A stretch of DNA of 64,000 nt from an uncultured Chloroflexia bacterium (GTDB lineage Bacteria > Chloroflexota > Limnocylindria > Limnocylindrales > CSP1-4): contig CAVQJC010000008.1 in assembly GCA_963712745.1 (NCBI GenBank), forward strand, positions 35,968 to 99,967, read 5' to 3'. The position numbers were made by a program, and so were the translations under genes. The stretch's first letter is position 1. Every line of letters begins with the position of its first letter. The notes below the pieces were generated by a model. That model searched no databases. It was given only the letters and a program-made list of their open reading frames with translations, and was not told where the DNA came from. Shown in pieces: positions 42,603 through 53,166 of this stretch.

Positions 42603-43490
42603 ATGAAGAAGATCGCATATCTCGGCATGGGCACCATGGGTGGCGGCATGGCGGCCAATCTGCTCAAGGCCGGCTATCCGGTGACCGCGTGGAATCGAAC
42701 GGCCGAGCGCTGTGCGCCGCTGGCGGCCCAGGGCGCGCGACAGGCTGATTCCCCGGCCGAGGCTGCAGCCGGTGCTGACCTGGTCATGTACTGCCTGAGC
42801 GACGACGCAGCCGTGGAGGATCTGGTCTGGGGCGCGGGTGGGTTGCTGGCGGCTGTGCAGCCTGGGCAGATCGTGGTGGACATGACCACCCTCCACCCGG
42901 ACACCAGCCGCAAGGAGGCGGCGGCCTATGTAGCGAAGGGCGCGCGCTTCCTGGACGCACCCGTCTTCGGCAGCAAGAACGAAGCGGCTGAGGGCGGCCT
43001 GTGGATCGTCGTCGGCGGCGACCAAGCCCTCTATGAGGAGGTGCTGCCGGTACTGGAGGCGCTGAGCGAAACCACCCACTACATGGGCGTGAACGGCCAG
43101 GGCGCCTCGATGAAGCTGGTAGGCAACCTGTTGGTGGCCGCCCAGCTCGAGGCTCTGGGTGAGGCCATGGTGCTGGCCACCAAGGCCGGCCTCGATCCGG
43201 AGGACGTGCTGGGTGTGCTGCACGTCACCGACTTCAAGTCGCCCATCTTCGACGGCGTGGGCGGCATGTTGATCCGTCGCGACTTCGAGACCAACTTCGC
43301 GCTCAAGCTGATGCTCAAGGATGCCAACCTCATCGCCCGCTTCGCCCAGGACCTGAACGTGCCGGTGCCGGCCGCAGCCGCGACCCGCGAGGTGATCAAG
43401 GGCGCCATCAATAAGGGCTGGGGCGAGGAGAACGCCTCGGCCTTCATCCGCAACCTGGAGGAACAGGCCGGCGTGGTGGTGCAGAAGTAG
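42603..43490 (+). CDS. Beta-hydroxyacid dehydrogenase (3-hydroxyisobutyrate/tartronate semialdehyde reductase family)
   Basis: [35 protein letters not shown]. Confidence 0.9.
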   Translation: MKKIAYLGMGTMGGGMAANLLKAGYPVTAWNRTAERCAPLAAQGARQADSPAEAAAGADLVMYCLSDDAAVEDLVWGAGGLLAAVQPGQIVVDMTTLHPDTSRKEAAAYVAKGARFLDAPVFGSKNEAAEGGLWIVVGGDQALYEEVLPVLEALSETTHYMGVNGQGASMKLVGNLLVAAQLEALGEAMVLATKAGLDPEDVLGVLHVTDFKSPIFDGVGGMLIRRDFETNFALKLMLKDANLIARFAQDLNVPVPAAAATREVIKGAINKGWGEENASAFIRNLEEQAGVVVQK

Positions 43491-43598
43491 CGGTTGCCAG
43501 GCTGCGTGCGAGCCACCGTCGCAGCGCGGTGAACCCGTGTCGTGGGCCGGTTCGGCTTCAGGCGGCGTGACGAAGATCGCTGAAAGGGCGGAGATACG

Positions 43599-44600
43599 AT
43601 GAAGAAGATCCTCAACGCACCAGTGTCATACGTCGACGAGATGCTCTCGGGGCTGGTGGCGGCTCATCCCGAGTACTACCGGCTACACGGCGACAGCGGC
43701 AAGGTTATCGCGCGAGCCATGCCGGGCACGTCAGTGAAGGTCGGCATCGTCACCGGTGGCGGATCCGGTCACCTTCCCGTCTTCACTGGCTATGTCGGCG
43801 TCGGACTGCTCGACGCCTGCGCGATCGGCGACGTCTTCGCCTCGCCTTCGGCCGAGCAGATGGCTGACGCGATCCGGGCTGCCGACAGCGGTGCCGGCGT
43901 CCTGCGGCTCTACGGGAACTACGGCGGCGACGTCATGAACTTCGACATGGCCGGCGATCTCGTCGAGTTCGAGGACATCTCCTGCACCACCGTGCTCCTC
44001 ACCGACGACGTCTCCTCGGCCCCGCCCGAGGAGGCCGAGAAGCGCCGCGGCGTGGCAGGCATGGTCTATGCCTTCAAGATGGCTGGAGCGGCCGCCGAAG
44101 AGGGACGCGACCTGGAGGCTGTCACCGCCGTGGCCCAGAAGGCCGCCGATGCCTGCCGGTCGATCGGGGTGGCGCTCAGTCCCTGCACCGTACCCCAGGC
44201 CGGGAAGCCGACCTTCGAGATCGCCGATGACGAGATCGAGATGGGTATGGGCATCCACGGCGAGCCGGGCGTCTGGCGTGGCAAGCTCAAGACCGCTGAC
44301 GAGATCGCAGGCGAGATGATGGACCGCCTGCTCGCGGACATGCCGATCGCGCAGGGTGACCGCGTATCGATCCTCGTCAACTCCCTCGGCGCGACCCCAC
44401 CCGAGGAGCTCTACATCCTCTACAACGTGGTGAAGTCGCGGCTCGAAGGCGAGGGCGCCACCATCATCATGCCGCTTGTCGGCCGCTACGCCACCTCCAT
44501 GGAGATGGCTGGTGTCTCCTTCACCCTATGCCGACTGGACGACGAACTGGAGGCGCTTCTCAAGGCGCCCTGCGACTGCGCCTTCTGGAGGGTCGGATGA
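43599..44600 (+). CDS. dhaK: Dihydroxyacetone kinase-family K subunit
   Basis: [34 protein letters not shown]. Confidence 0.92.
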   Translation: MKKILNAPVSYVDEMLSGLVAAHPEYYRLHGDSGKVIARAMPGTSVKVGIVTGGGSGHLPVFTGYVGVGLLDACAIGDVFASPSAEQMADAIRAADSGAGVLRLYGNYGGDVMNFDMAGDLVEFEDISCTTVLLTDDVSSAPPEEAEKRRGVAGMVYAFKMAGAAAEEGRDLEAVTAVAQKAADACRSIGVALSPCTVPQAGKPTFEIADDEIEMGMGIHGEPGVWRGKLKTADEIAGEMMDRLLADMPIAQGDRVSILVNSLGATPPEELYILYNVVKSRLEGEGATIIMPLVGRYATSMEMAGVSFTLCRLDDELEALLKAPCDCAFWRVG

Positions 44601-45211
44601 CCCTGGACATCCGCGCGCTTCGAGCCGGGATCGACCGCGTGGGAGCGGCCATGGAGCGCGATTTCGAGATGCTCAATGCCGCGGATGGGGCACTCGGTGA
44701 CGGCGATCTCGGGGTGACGATGACCCGCGGGATGCGGGCGATCAGCGAGCAGGCCGACGACCTGCCGGACGACCTGGGCATGGCCCTACTTCGGTGCGCG
44801 CAGGCGTTCACCAAGTCATCGGGCTCGTCCTACGGCACGCTGCTGGCGACGGGGATCATGGCCGTGGCCAAGGATGTGAAGGGCGAGACCGAGATCGACC
44901 CGAGCCGGATCTCGTCGTTGGTAGGCCTGGCGCGCGACCAGATGCAGGCACGCGGCAAGGCCGAGCTCGGCGGCAAGACGGTGCTCGACAGCCTCGACGC
45001 GGTGGCCACCGCTACGTCGGGCAAGAGCGAGACGACCGAGCTGGCCGATGCCGCCGCCAGAGCGGTCGAAGACGCGCTCACTGAGTTCCGCGACAAGCCC
45101 GCGACCGTCGGACGCGCACGCATCTTCGGCCAGAAGAGCGTGGGTCTGGACGATCCAGGCATGCTGGCGATGACTCGGATCGTCCAGGCACTCGCCGACC
45201 GGGAGGACTGA
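44597..45211 (+). CDS. dhaL: Dihydroxyacetone kinase-family L subunit
   Basis: DGALGDGDLG, GSSYGTL, GKAELGGKTVLD, DPG. Confidence 0.9.
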   Translation: MTLDIRALRAGIDRVGAAMERDFEMLNAADGALGDGDLGVTMTRGMRAISEQADDLPDDLGMALLRCAQAFTKSSGSSYGTLLATGIMAVAKDVKGETEIDPSRISSLVGLARDQMQARGKAELGGKTVLDSLDAVATATSGKSETTELADAAARAVEDALTEFRDKPATVGRARIFGQKSVGLDDPGMLAMTRIVQALADRED

Positions 45212-45353
45212 GGCGCCCCTTCCTGACACGAGCGTCGGCAGCGATGCCAGCGTCTGCGTGGTCCCATGTCACAGCCATCCAGGCCGTAAGTACGCAGCAC
45301 CATCGTCTCAGCGAGTGACGGCCCGCGAAGCCTCTGCTACCGTTCTGTGTCTC

Positions 45354-45486
45354 GGGCGGCTAGCTCGGCTGGTTAGAGCACTTGCTTGACATGCGTCCCG
45401 ACGAATGCGGCGTAGGTGTTGCACGAGGAAGAGCCCTCACCGATGCGGTGAGGGCCTTGTTATGGGCTGAACGTCATCGGCTGAAG
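45354..45486 (+). repeat. att-like junction copy 2 (tRNA-Val 5' half plus arm)
   Basis: Same 133-bp unit; one A>G change at the first D-loop base. Confidence 0.92.
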
Positions 45487-45607
45487 CAGCCATCCGCAGA
45501 GAGCGAGGGATGCGCCGGGTCGTGGTCGGGACGTGATCGCGGCGGACAGTCAGCGTGAGCCTCTACCAAAGGCGACGAGCTGGCGACCTCGAGTCGCGTG
45601 GGTCTCC

Positions 45608-46444
45608 TTACTCGGCGGGAAGGTTGCCGCTCACATCGGCGACCCACCAGATGTCGTTCACGCCGTGCCCGGTGGTCTGACCGGCCTCGCTGTCGCCCTG
45701 CCAGTAGTAGAGCGGCCGGCCGTCGTAGGTGACCTGGGTGGAGCCGTCGGTGCCGGTCGTCAGTCCTAGGACGCCCGTCACGCCATCACCCGCAGAGACG
45801 CTGTTGCCGGGGGGCACGGTGACCGGAGGCCAGGCGGTCAGGCAGTCGCCCTCGCAGACGCTGACGCCCGGTGTGGCGTCGGCGGCGAAGACGTAGACCG
45901 TCAGGCCGTCTCGCCCCGTGAGGAAGGTGCCCAGGTCCGTGGTCGCCGTCTGCAGGGTCAGAGCCGGCGGGTTCTCCGGCATCGAGCCGTCCTCGAGGGC
46001 GACGAACCAGACGCCGTTCACGCCGTGGCCGGTCGTCTGGCCGGGCTCAGTGTCGGTGGCCCAGTAGTAGAGCGGCCGGCCACGATAGGTGGCCTGCGTC
46101 GTGCCGTCCTCTCGGGGGAACGACGCGAGCGTCCCGGTCACGCCATCACCAGCCGTGAGTCCCTGGCCTGCACCCACGAGTAGTGGTGGCCAGGCATCGA
46201 GGCAGCCGCCGACACAGACGCTCTGTCCGGGCGTCACGTCACGCGTGAAGTAGTACAGCGTCTTGCCCTCGGGGCCGACCAGGTACGTACCGAGGTCGTC
46301 GCTGGCCGTGCTGACGGTGATGGCCTCGTCCTGCGCGAGCACGCTCAGCGGGACGGCCGCGGCGGCGAGCGCCATCGCGCCGGCGAGTACGAGCGCGCTG
46401 AGGCGGTGTCGACCCCTGGGGATCGCGGTATCGGTCGAATGCAT
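45608..46444 (-). CDS. Secreted repeat protein (COG4315/Lipoprotein_15 type), two domains
   Basis: Signal peptide; twice C.G.CL.AWPP...Q.TY.GRPLYYW..D...G.TTGHGVN..W. Confidence 0.85.
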   Translation of the reverse strand: MHSTDTAIPRGRHRLSALVLAGAMALAAAAVPLSVLAQDEAITVSTASDDLGTYLVGPEGKTLYYFTRDVTPGQSVCVGGCLDAWPPLLVGAGQGLTAGDGVTGTLASFPREDGTTQATYRGRPLYYWATDTEPGQTTGHGVNGVWFVALEDGSMPENPPALTLQTATTDLGTFLTGRDGLTVYVFAADATPGVSVCEGDCLTAWPPVTVPPGNSVSAGDGVTGVLGLTTGTDGSTQVTYDGRPLYYWQGDSEAGQTTGHGVNDIWWVADVSGNLPAE

Positions 46445-46473
46445 GTCGGTCCTCCTATCCGTGTAGTGGGCTG

Positions 46474-46881
46474 CTAGACGCTGAACCTGGCCACGCCTCG
46501 GCAGACCTCCCCGCTGCGTGGGTTCTTGGCGCGGGCCACGATCGTCTCGACGCCCGGACCGTTGGCGGTCAGACGTCGGACCTCGAATGAGCCACTGGGT
46601 GGCTGGGTCGTGCGCGAGCCCCGAAAGAAGACGTTGCCGTTGCGCTTGAGCTTCACGTTCCAGCGCTGGCCATTGCGGTTCTGGTCGACCTCGAACTCGA
46701 CCTCGATGCGTCCGTTCTCCGGACTAAGCTTCAGTTTCCAGTCCGTGCTCGCCGTGCAACTGCCGCGACGGATGACGTCGCCGTCCTTGGCGCTCGCGGT
46801 GATGGGTGCGGCGACGAGCGTCGTCGCCACCAGCACGCCGCTGATGAAGGCCGCCACGCGGCCGATCGAGACCCTTTTCAT
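46474..46881 (-). CDS. Hypothetical secreted protein
   Basis: MKRVSIGRVAAFISGVLVATTLVAAPITASAK signal; GSCT...EVEFEVD...GEVC; GGAGG RBS. Confidence 0.75.
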   Translation of the reverse strand: MKRVSIGRVAAFISGVLVATTLVAAPITASAKDGDVIRRGSCTASTDWKLKLSPENGRIEVEFEVDQNRNGQRWNVKLKRNGNVFFRGSRTTQPPSGSFEVRRLTANGPGVETIVARAKNPRSGEVCRGVARFSV

Positions 46882-47044
46882 GTATTCCTCCGTGTCGCTC
46901 CCTGCGGTGGACCAGTCGCCTGCTGCGACCGGGTACCCGGCGATGGTGAGCCGCCACGATCGCTCCGGGAACGGGCCTGGGTCGCGAAACGCATCAGACC
47001 TTGGTCCGATGTGCCAGCGGCGACGGGCGCCTACCATGCCGCTG

Positions 47045-48539
47045 ATGTCCGACAGCACCGAAGCCCGACTGCACGCAGACATCGCGCCTGCCCAACGGCA
47101 GGCGCGACCGACTCGTGGGTGGCTGCGACCACTCCATGCGCTTCGCTCGACCTCACTGGCGCAGCGGTTCCTGCTGGCCAATCTCGCCATCCTCCTGGTG
47201 GCAGGGCTCGTCGTCGGCGTCTGGGTCGGCGACCAGCTGGAGCGCAGCATCGTCGATCGCACCGCATCGGTCACGGCGCTCTACGTGGAGTCGATCATCG
47301 AGCCGAGCGTCGCGTCCATGGCCGACGGGGATGAACTCACGCCCGAGGAGATCGCCACGCTCGATGCCCACCTCACGTCGAGTGCGCTCGTCGATCGCGT
47401 TCGTTCCATGCGCATCTGGGCAGCCGATGGACGGATCGTCTACAGCCCCGATGCTGCCCTCATCGGAGAGCGGTTCCCCATCGACGACCACCTGGCGCAG
47501 GCGTGGGCCGGCGAGGTCGTCAGCGGCATGGACGACCTCAGTGGTGAGGAGAACGCGTGGGAGCGCGCGCGCTGGGATCGACTCCTGGAGATGTACCTGC
47601 CCGTCCGCGAGCGTGGCACCGAGCGCATCATCGCGGTGGCCGAGTTCTACCTGCCGCCGAGGGAGATCGACGATCAGGTCGCGGAGGCCAGGCTCACGAC
47701 GTGGGCGCTGGTGACGCTCGCCATCGTCGTCGCGGGGCTCCTGCTCTGGCGGGTGGTGAAGCGCGGTAGCGACACCATTCAGCGCCAGGAGATCGCGCTC
47801 TCGCAGCAGGTCGATGAGCTCACCGGCCTGCTCGACCAGAACGCCGAGCTCAGCCAACGGGTCCATCAGGCGGCGGAGCGCACGACCACGCTCAACGAGC
47901 GATCGCTGCGGCGGGTCAGCAGCGACCTCCACGACGGGCCCGGACAGATGCTGTCACTCGCGATGCTGCGCCTCGATGGCCTGCAGACGCGCGCCGCAGC
48001 CGGCGATCCGCCGACCGCGGAAGAGATCGCCGAGGTGGAGGCCGTGCTCGAGGAGGCGATGAGCGACATGCGCAGCGTGGCGGCCGGTCTGCGCCTGCCC
48101 GAACTCGCACCGACGGATGCTGAGGCGGTCGCGTCCCGCGCGGTGCAGGACCACCAGCGCCGAAGCGGCACGCCCGTCCGGCTCACGGCCGACGCCGTGC
48201 CACCCGACGTGCCTCTGCCGGTCAAGATCGCGCTCTTTCGGGCGCTGCAGGAGTCGCTCTCGAACGCGACACGACATGGCCACAGCGAGAGCATCGAGGT
48301 CGAGCTCCACGGCACGCGACGACGATGGCCGGACCCCCGGCCTGTCGCTGGTCGTGCGCGACGATGGCATCGGCTTCGAGCCGGACATCTTGATCGAGAC
48401 CGAGGGCCTCGGCCTCGCGGGCATCCGTGAACAGGCGGAGGTGCTCGGCGGCTCGTTCGAGGTCCACGCCTCACGCGGCGGCGGCACCGAGCTGCGGGTG
48501 TGGTGGCCACTGCGGTACGGGGCGTCAGCTCGTGGGTGA
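47045..48539 (+). CDS. NarX/HisKA_3-type sensor histidine kinase, frameshifted near 48320
   Basis: Two TM helices, SDLHDGPGQ, QESLSNATRHG; DDGIGF and GLGLAGIRE lie in another frame. Confidence 0.85.
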
Positions 48540-49182
48540 GTCCATCCGGGTCGCGGTCGCCGACGACCATCCGATGTTCCGTGCCGGCGTCGTGATGTCG
48601 CTGCAGGGCGAGGAGGGTATCGACATCGTGGGCGACGCTGGTGACGCGGCCGCGGCGCTGGAGCTCGCACGCCGGGAGCTTCCCGATGTGATGCTGCTCG
48701 ACATCGCGATGCCGGGTGGTGGGCACGACGCCGCACGCTGGATCGCGGCAGCCTGCCCGGCGACGCGCATCGTCATGCTGACGGTGTCAGAGGACGAGGA
48801 CGACCTGCTCGAGGCGATGAAGGCCGGCGCCTCCGGGTACGTGCTCAAGGGTGCTGGAGCCTCCGAGCTGGCCGCGGTCATCCGCTCGGTCCACGCCGGA
48901 GAGGTCTACGTCGCCCCGGCCCTCGCCTGGGGCATGCTGCGCGAGCTCCGCACGCCGCGCAGCTCACCGTACGACGCGCTGACCGACCGCGAGCGAGAGG
49001 TCCTCGAGCTCGTGGCCGAAGGGCTCAGCAACCAGGAGGTCGGTGAGCGACTGGGCCTGGCCGAGAAGACCATCAAGCACTACATGACCAACATCCTGGG
49101 CAAGCTGCAGGTCCGCAGTCGCGTCGAGGCCGCCCTGCTCGTTGCCCGAGAAGGCTCACCGCAGACCAAGAGCGAACTCTGA
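48532..49182 (+). CDS. NarL/LuxR-family response regulator
   Basis: VADDHP, LLDIAMPG, GASGYVLK, LTDREREVL, KTIKHYMTNILGKL. Confidence 0.93.
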   Translation: MGESIRVAVADDHPMFRAGVVMSLQGEEGIDIVGDAGDAAAALELARRELPDVMLLDIAMPGGGHDAARWIAAACPATRIVMLTVSEDEDDLLEAMKAGASGYVLKGAGASELAAVIRSVHAGEVYVAPALAWGMLRELRTPRSSPYDALTDREREVLELVAEGLSNQEVGERLGLAEKTIKHYMTNILGKLQVRSRVEAALLVAREGSPQTKSEL

Positions 49183-49279
49183 TGCCATCCGAGTCCCTCC
49201 GGGTGCGAGCCCGAGCCGACGGAGCGTTCATCCCGCGGCCAAGCGGTCACGCGCAGATGCAGGCCGGGGTTGTGGTCTG

Positions 49280-50580
49280 ATGCGCCGATGCACACGCTCC
49301 TATCGACGCTTTCTCGGCGCCGCGGTCCTGGCCGTGCTCGCCAGCCTCGCGGCCGCGACCATCGCACTCGGTCAGGACGGCGAGGAGGTCGTCATCTCCG
49401 ACACGCTCGAGCCGCAGCGGCTGGAGGTGTCGGCCGGCACGGTCGTCACCTGGCGGAACGAGGACCGCGAGCGGCACCGTATGCGCTCCCGCCAGGGACC
49501 CGTGGGGTTCGATTCGGGCAACCTCGAGCCCGGCGAGCGTTTCAGCGTGACCTTCGTGGTCGCCGGCGAGTATCCCTACCTCGACGAGCGCAACGACGAG
49601 GACCCCGCCTACTTCGGCACCGTGGTCGTCATCGACGAGCAGCCGACCGGCGGCCCGCCACCGAGGCGGCCACCGTCACGCTCATCGACGAGTCCTATCA
49701 GCCTCCGGCCCTCGAGGTCGCCGTCGGCGCCACCGTGACCTGGGAGAACATCGACGGTGACGACGACCACACCGTGACCTCGAGCTGATGGCACCTTCAA
49801 CAGCGGGGTCCTGCCCGCCGGTTCGGCTTTCGAGTACTCCTTCGACGCGCCCGGCACCTATCCCTACTTCTGTGCCATCCATCCGGAGATGGAAGGCACG
49901 ATCACCGTCGTGGGTGACGCCCCAGCTCCCCGAGGGAGCGGGTGCGTCGTCGGCCGATCGAGTCGCCGGCACCGGAGCACAGGGAACGTGACTCCCGCCG
50001 ACGAGGCGCCCGCCTCGGTGGACCTGCGGCGGTCTCGATCGTCGATCTCACCTTCGATCCCGCCACCGTCGAGGTCGATGCCGGCGCCACCGTGACCTGG
50101 TCCAACGACGACGGCATCCCGCATACCGTGACCGCCCGTGCGGACGACTTCAACTCCGGCGTGCTGATGAGCGGGGACTCGTTCAGCCAGACCTTCGAGA
50201 CTCCGGGCAGCTACGACTACTTCTGCGCCATCCATCCCTCGATGGCAGGGACGGTGCTGGTCCGGGACCCGGTGGCATCGGACGACGTCGGCGATGCGGC
50301 CGGCGACCAGCTCACGGATGACACGGCCGCGGTCACCGAGGTGTCCGTGGTTGATGTGGCCTTTGCGCCGGCGGACATCGAGGTCCCGGTCGGTACGACG
50401 GTGGATTGGACGAACCAGGACGCGTTCGCGCATACCGTGACCGCACGCGATGGCGCCTTCGACTCCGGGACGTTGGACGGCGGCGGGAACTTCTCGCGGA
50501 CGTTCCAGGAGCCCGGAACCTTCGACTACTTCTGCGCCATCCATCCCTCGATGACGGGGACCGTAACGGTCACGCCCTGA
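49280..50580 (+). pseudogene. Secreted multi-cupredoxin (plastocyanin-like) protein, four domains, several frameshifts
   Basis: Signal peptide; HTVT...F(N/D)SG...Y(F)CAIHP.M.G motif three times plus a degenerate first domain, spread over three frames. Confidence 0.8.
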
Positions 50581-50754
50581 GAATCTGGATTCTCGCAGAA
50601 AGGCACCGAGCCAGTACCTGGCCTGCGCCGGGTTCAGAATGTGAGCCGGTGGGAAGGGGGGCAGGGGCCGGATGGCCGCTGCGACGGGCACGACCAGACG
50701 ATACCGGAGGGAGTGACCGCCGCGCCTGTGCCTCTGCCATCTTGCTCTCGACTC

Positions 50755-50887
50755 GGGCGGCTAGCTCAGCTGGTTAGAGCACTTGCTTGACATGCGTCCT
50801 GCCGAATGCGGCGTAGGTGTCGCACGATGACGAGCCCTCACCGATGCGGTGAGGGCCTTGTTATGGGCTGAACGTCATCGGCTGAAC
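50755..50887 (+). repeat. att-like junction copy 3 (tRNA-Val 5' half plus arm)
   Basis: Same 133-bp unit, two substitutions versus copy 1; homology to copy 1 continues to about 51299. Confidence 0.92.
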
Positions 50888-51354
50888 TTGCGCGTAGGCG
50901 CGCGACGACCACGGCGATGAGCCGGACCGCCGAGACCTGCCGGAGCCCGGCGTCACGCGGCGGGTGGTCGTCCATCATCGCTCATGCCGGCGGACCGGGA
51001 GCAAGCCCCGGTCCAAGAGCCAGGGGATAGCGACGGCACCGGAGATGAGGCGGAGAGTGACAGCAGGCGGCCCCGAAGAGGAGGAGGAGGTCGGCCGGTG
51101 TCGCGCGAGCGGTGCGCTGAGGGGATCGACTCCGAGGACGCCGCACGCTGCCGGAGCCCACAGAGGCGCATCGGTCGGCGCGGGCTCGTCGAGAACACGC
51201 GATAGCACCGTATACCCACCACGCAGGTGTTGCTGGAGTTTCGCAGCCCGGCAAGAACGGCTGGGACGCTTCGAGTGAGCGCCCGCCCAGACCGACTGTG
51301 AGAGGCAAATGACCAGCAGGGCGCGACCAAGACTTCCGAGATCGTACGCGACCC

Positions 51355-52752
51355 TCAGTCCTGCCTGGCCTCGTCCTCCAGACCCATGGCCTCGTCGGTG
51401 ATGACCGCCGGGTCCAGATCGGGATCGAGATCGTTGGCCTTCGCGGCCGCCAGCGCACCCTCGCCGCCCAGCTCGGCGATGCGGGCCTCCACCTTCCGGA
51501 TGACGAACGAGAGGTGCGTACGCAGCTGGTAGAGCGTGCCCATCTTGCCCGCCGGCATACGCCGCTGCCGGGCCAGCTGACCGTCGAGGCCGACGAGGAA
51601 GTCCTGCTGTTCCATCAGCTCCTCGAGGCTGGACTCCCCCAGGTTGCGCTCGATGGCATTGATGCGCGGATACCACGAGTTGACGCGGCTGTTGTTGAAC
51701 CACTCCCAGCCGGCCTTGGCCAGGGTGTAGACCGGGAACGCGAGCACGAGCAACGGCAGCAGGATGAGGTAGACCCGCGACAGGGGCGAGGCGATCTCGA
51801 AGGGCAGGAACGACTCCAGCGGTGTCGGCCCCTCCTCGAGGTACTTCCTGGCGTCCTCGTCGACCGGGAACTGCGTCTGGCTCAGCGAGGGGAAGGCGTC
51901 GAGGTCGCCGACGTAGGGGACCGGCAGGACCCCCGGCAGCTCACGCACGATGAGCCGGGCCAGGTCGGGGTTCAGGCCCTCGCGACCCATGAGCGTGGCT
52001 CGGGCGGCCAGCATGGCCATGTCCTGGGGTGGCACCGGGGACGCGCCCGGATCGTAGACGCCGCGGAAGAGCGTCACCGGCGAGAGGAACGGCAGCCGGC
52101 GCGAAAGCCCTTCCGTGTTCGGGACGGGCAGGAGCTCGAGATCGGGGATGGCCGCAAGCTCCGCTACGAGCGGCGCATTGGCGGCCACCACGAAGAAGGC
52201 GGCGTCGATGGTCCCCTCCGCCAGGCCCGCGATGGCCTCGTCGGTGGTCCACTCCAGGGCGATGGCCGTCGAGTCGGTCTGGTCGATGAGGGCCCGGGCG
52301 GTCGCGTTCGTGCCGCTGCCGGCGGGACCGATGGCCAGGCGTTTGCCGGCCAGGATGGGGATGCCATCCACGACCTCGATGGCATCCTCCCGCGCGAAGA
52401 TCCAGAAGGGTTCGTAGAACACCTCTGACAGCGCGGTCGAGCCGCCGATGTCGGTCAGGAACTCGGTGCCGCTCTGGATGAGTCCGACGTCCGCGTCGCC
52501 CGTGCGCAGCAGCTCGGCGTTCTCGATGGAGCCGGCGGTCTCGAGGACCTCGACCGTGATGCCCTCGGTCGCCAGGACCTCCTGCAGCGAGGCGGCGAAG
52601 GCTGCGTACATGCCGCCCGGCTGACCCGCCGCGAGCGTGAACGTCTTGGGCGGGCGCCCGAGCAGCACGACCGCCACCATGGCCGCGAGCAGCGCCACGA
52701 TGACGCCGAGCACGAGGGATACCACCACTTTGCGGCCGAGACCGTTGCTCAT
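51355..52752 (-). CDS. TAXI-family TRAP solute receptor with C-terminal membrane extension
   Basis: AAGQPGGMY, ETAGSIEN, FYEPFW, IGPAGSGT; C-terminal TM and LYQLRTHL. Confidence 0.85.
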   Translation of the reverse strand: MSNGLGRKVVVSLVLGVIVALLAAMVAVVLLGRPPKTFTLAAGQPGGMYAAFAASLQEVLATEGITVEVLETAGSIENAELLRTGDADVGLIQSGTEFLTDIGGSTALSEVFYEPFWIFAREDAIEVVDGIPILAGKRLAIGPAGSGTNATARALIDQTDSTAIALEWTTDEAIAGLAEGTIDAAFFVVAANAPLVAELAAIPDLELLPVPNTEGLSRRLPFLSPVTLFRGVYDPGASPVPPQDMAMLAARATLMGREGLNPDLARLIVRELPGVLPVPYVGDLDAFPSLSQTQFPVDEDARKYLEEGPTPLESFLPFEIASPLSRVYLILLPLLVLAFPVYTLAKAGWEWFNNSRVNSWYPRINAIERNLGESSLEELMEQQDFLVGLDGQLARQRRMPAGKMGTLYQLRTHLSFVIRKVEARIAELGGEGALAAAKANDLDPDLDPAVITDEAMGLEDEARQD

Positions 52753-53166
52753 GTCCCTCCCTCCGCGACGAGCCGGTCCTGGCTGGAGGTACGCGCCCCG
52801 GACAACGCGGCCGCATCGTGGTGCGCGGCTACGAATGTGAGCATACCTAGCCGGCGATGACGAGGATTCCCAGAGCGGGGTCCTGGGTCGGGGAGCACGA
52901 CGTCATGGACTGCTGATCCATAGCCTCCCCGCCCCCCAAGATAGCCTCGGGTCCTCCGGGCGAGCCGTAGGAACTTTGGTGTGCTGGTCAGGCCGCGGCC
53001 CGGTGCTGTTCGGCCGAAGTCCTCGCGACGCAGCGGTGTCGCCGATGCTCTTGGAGGCGTAGCGTCGGATCTCGACGATCACGATGCTCCGGGTAGGGCG
53101 ACGCCGCGGACGTCGCGCCACGGTCGGCGGCGGGTGGTGCGCTTGTACGGGCGCCGCGGCTAGGAC

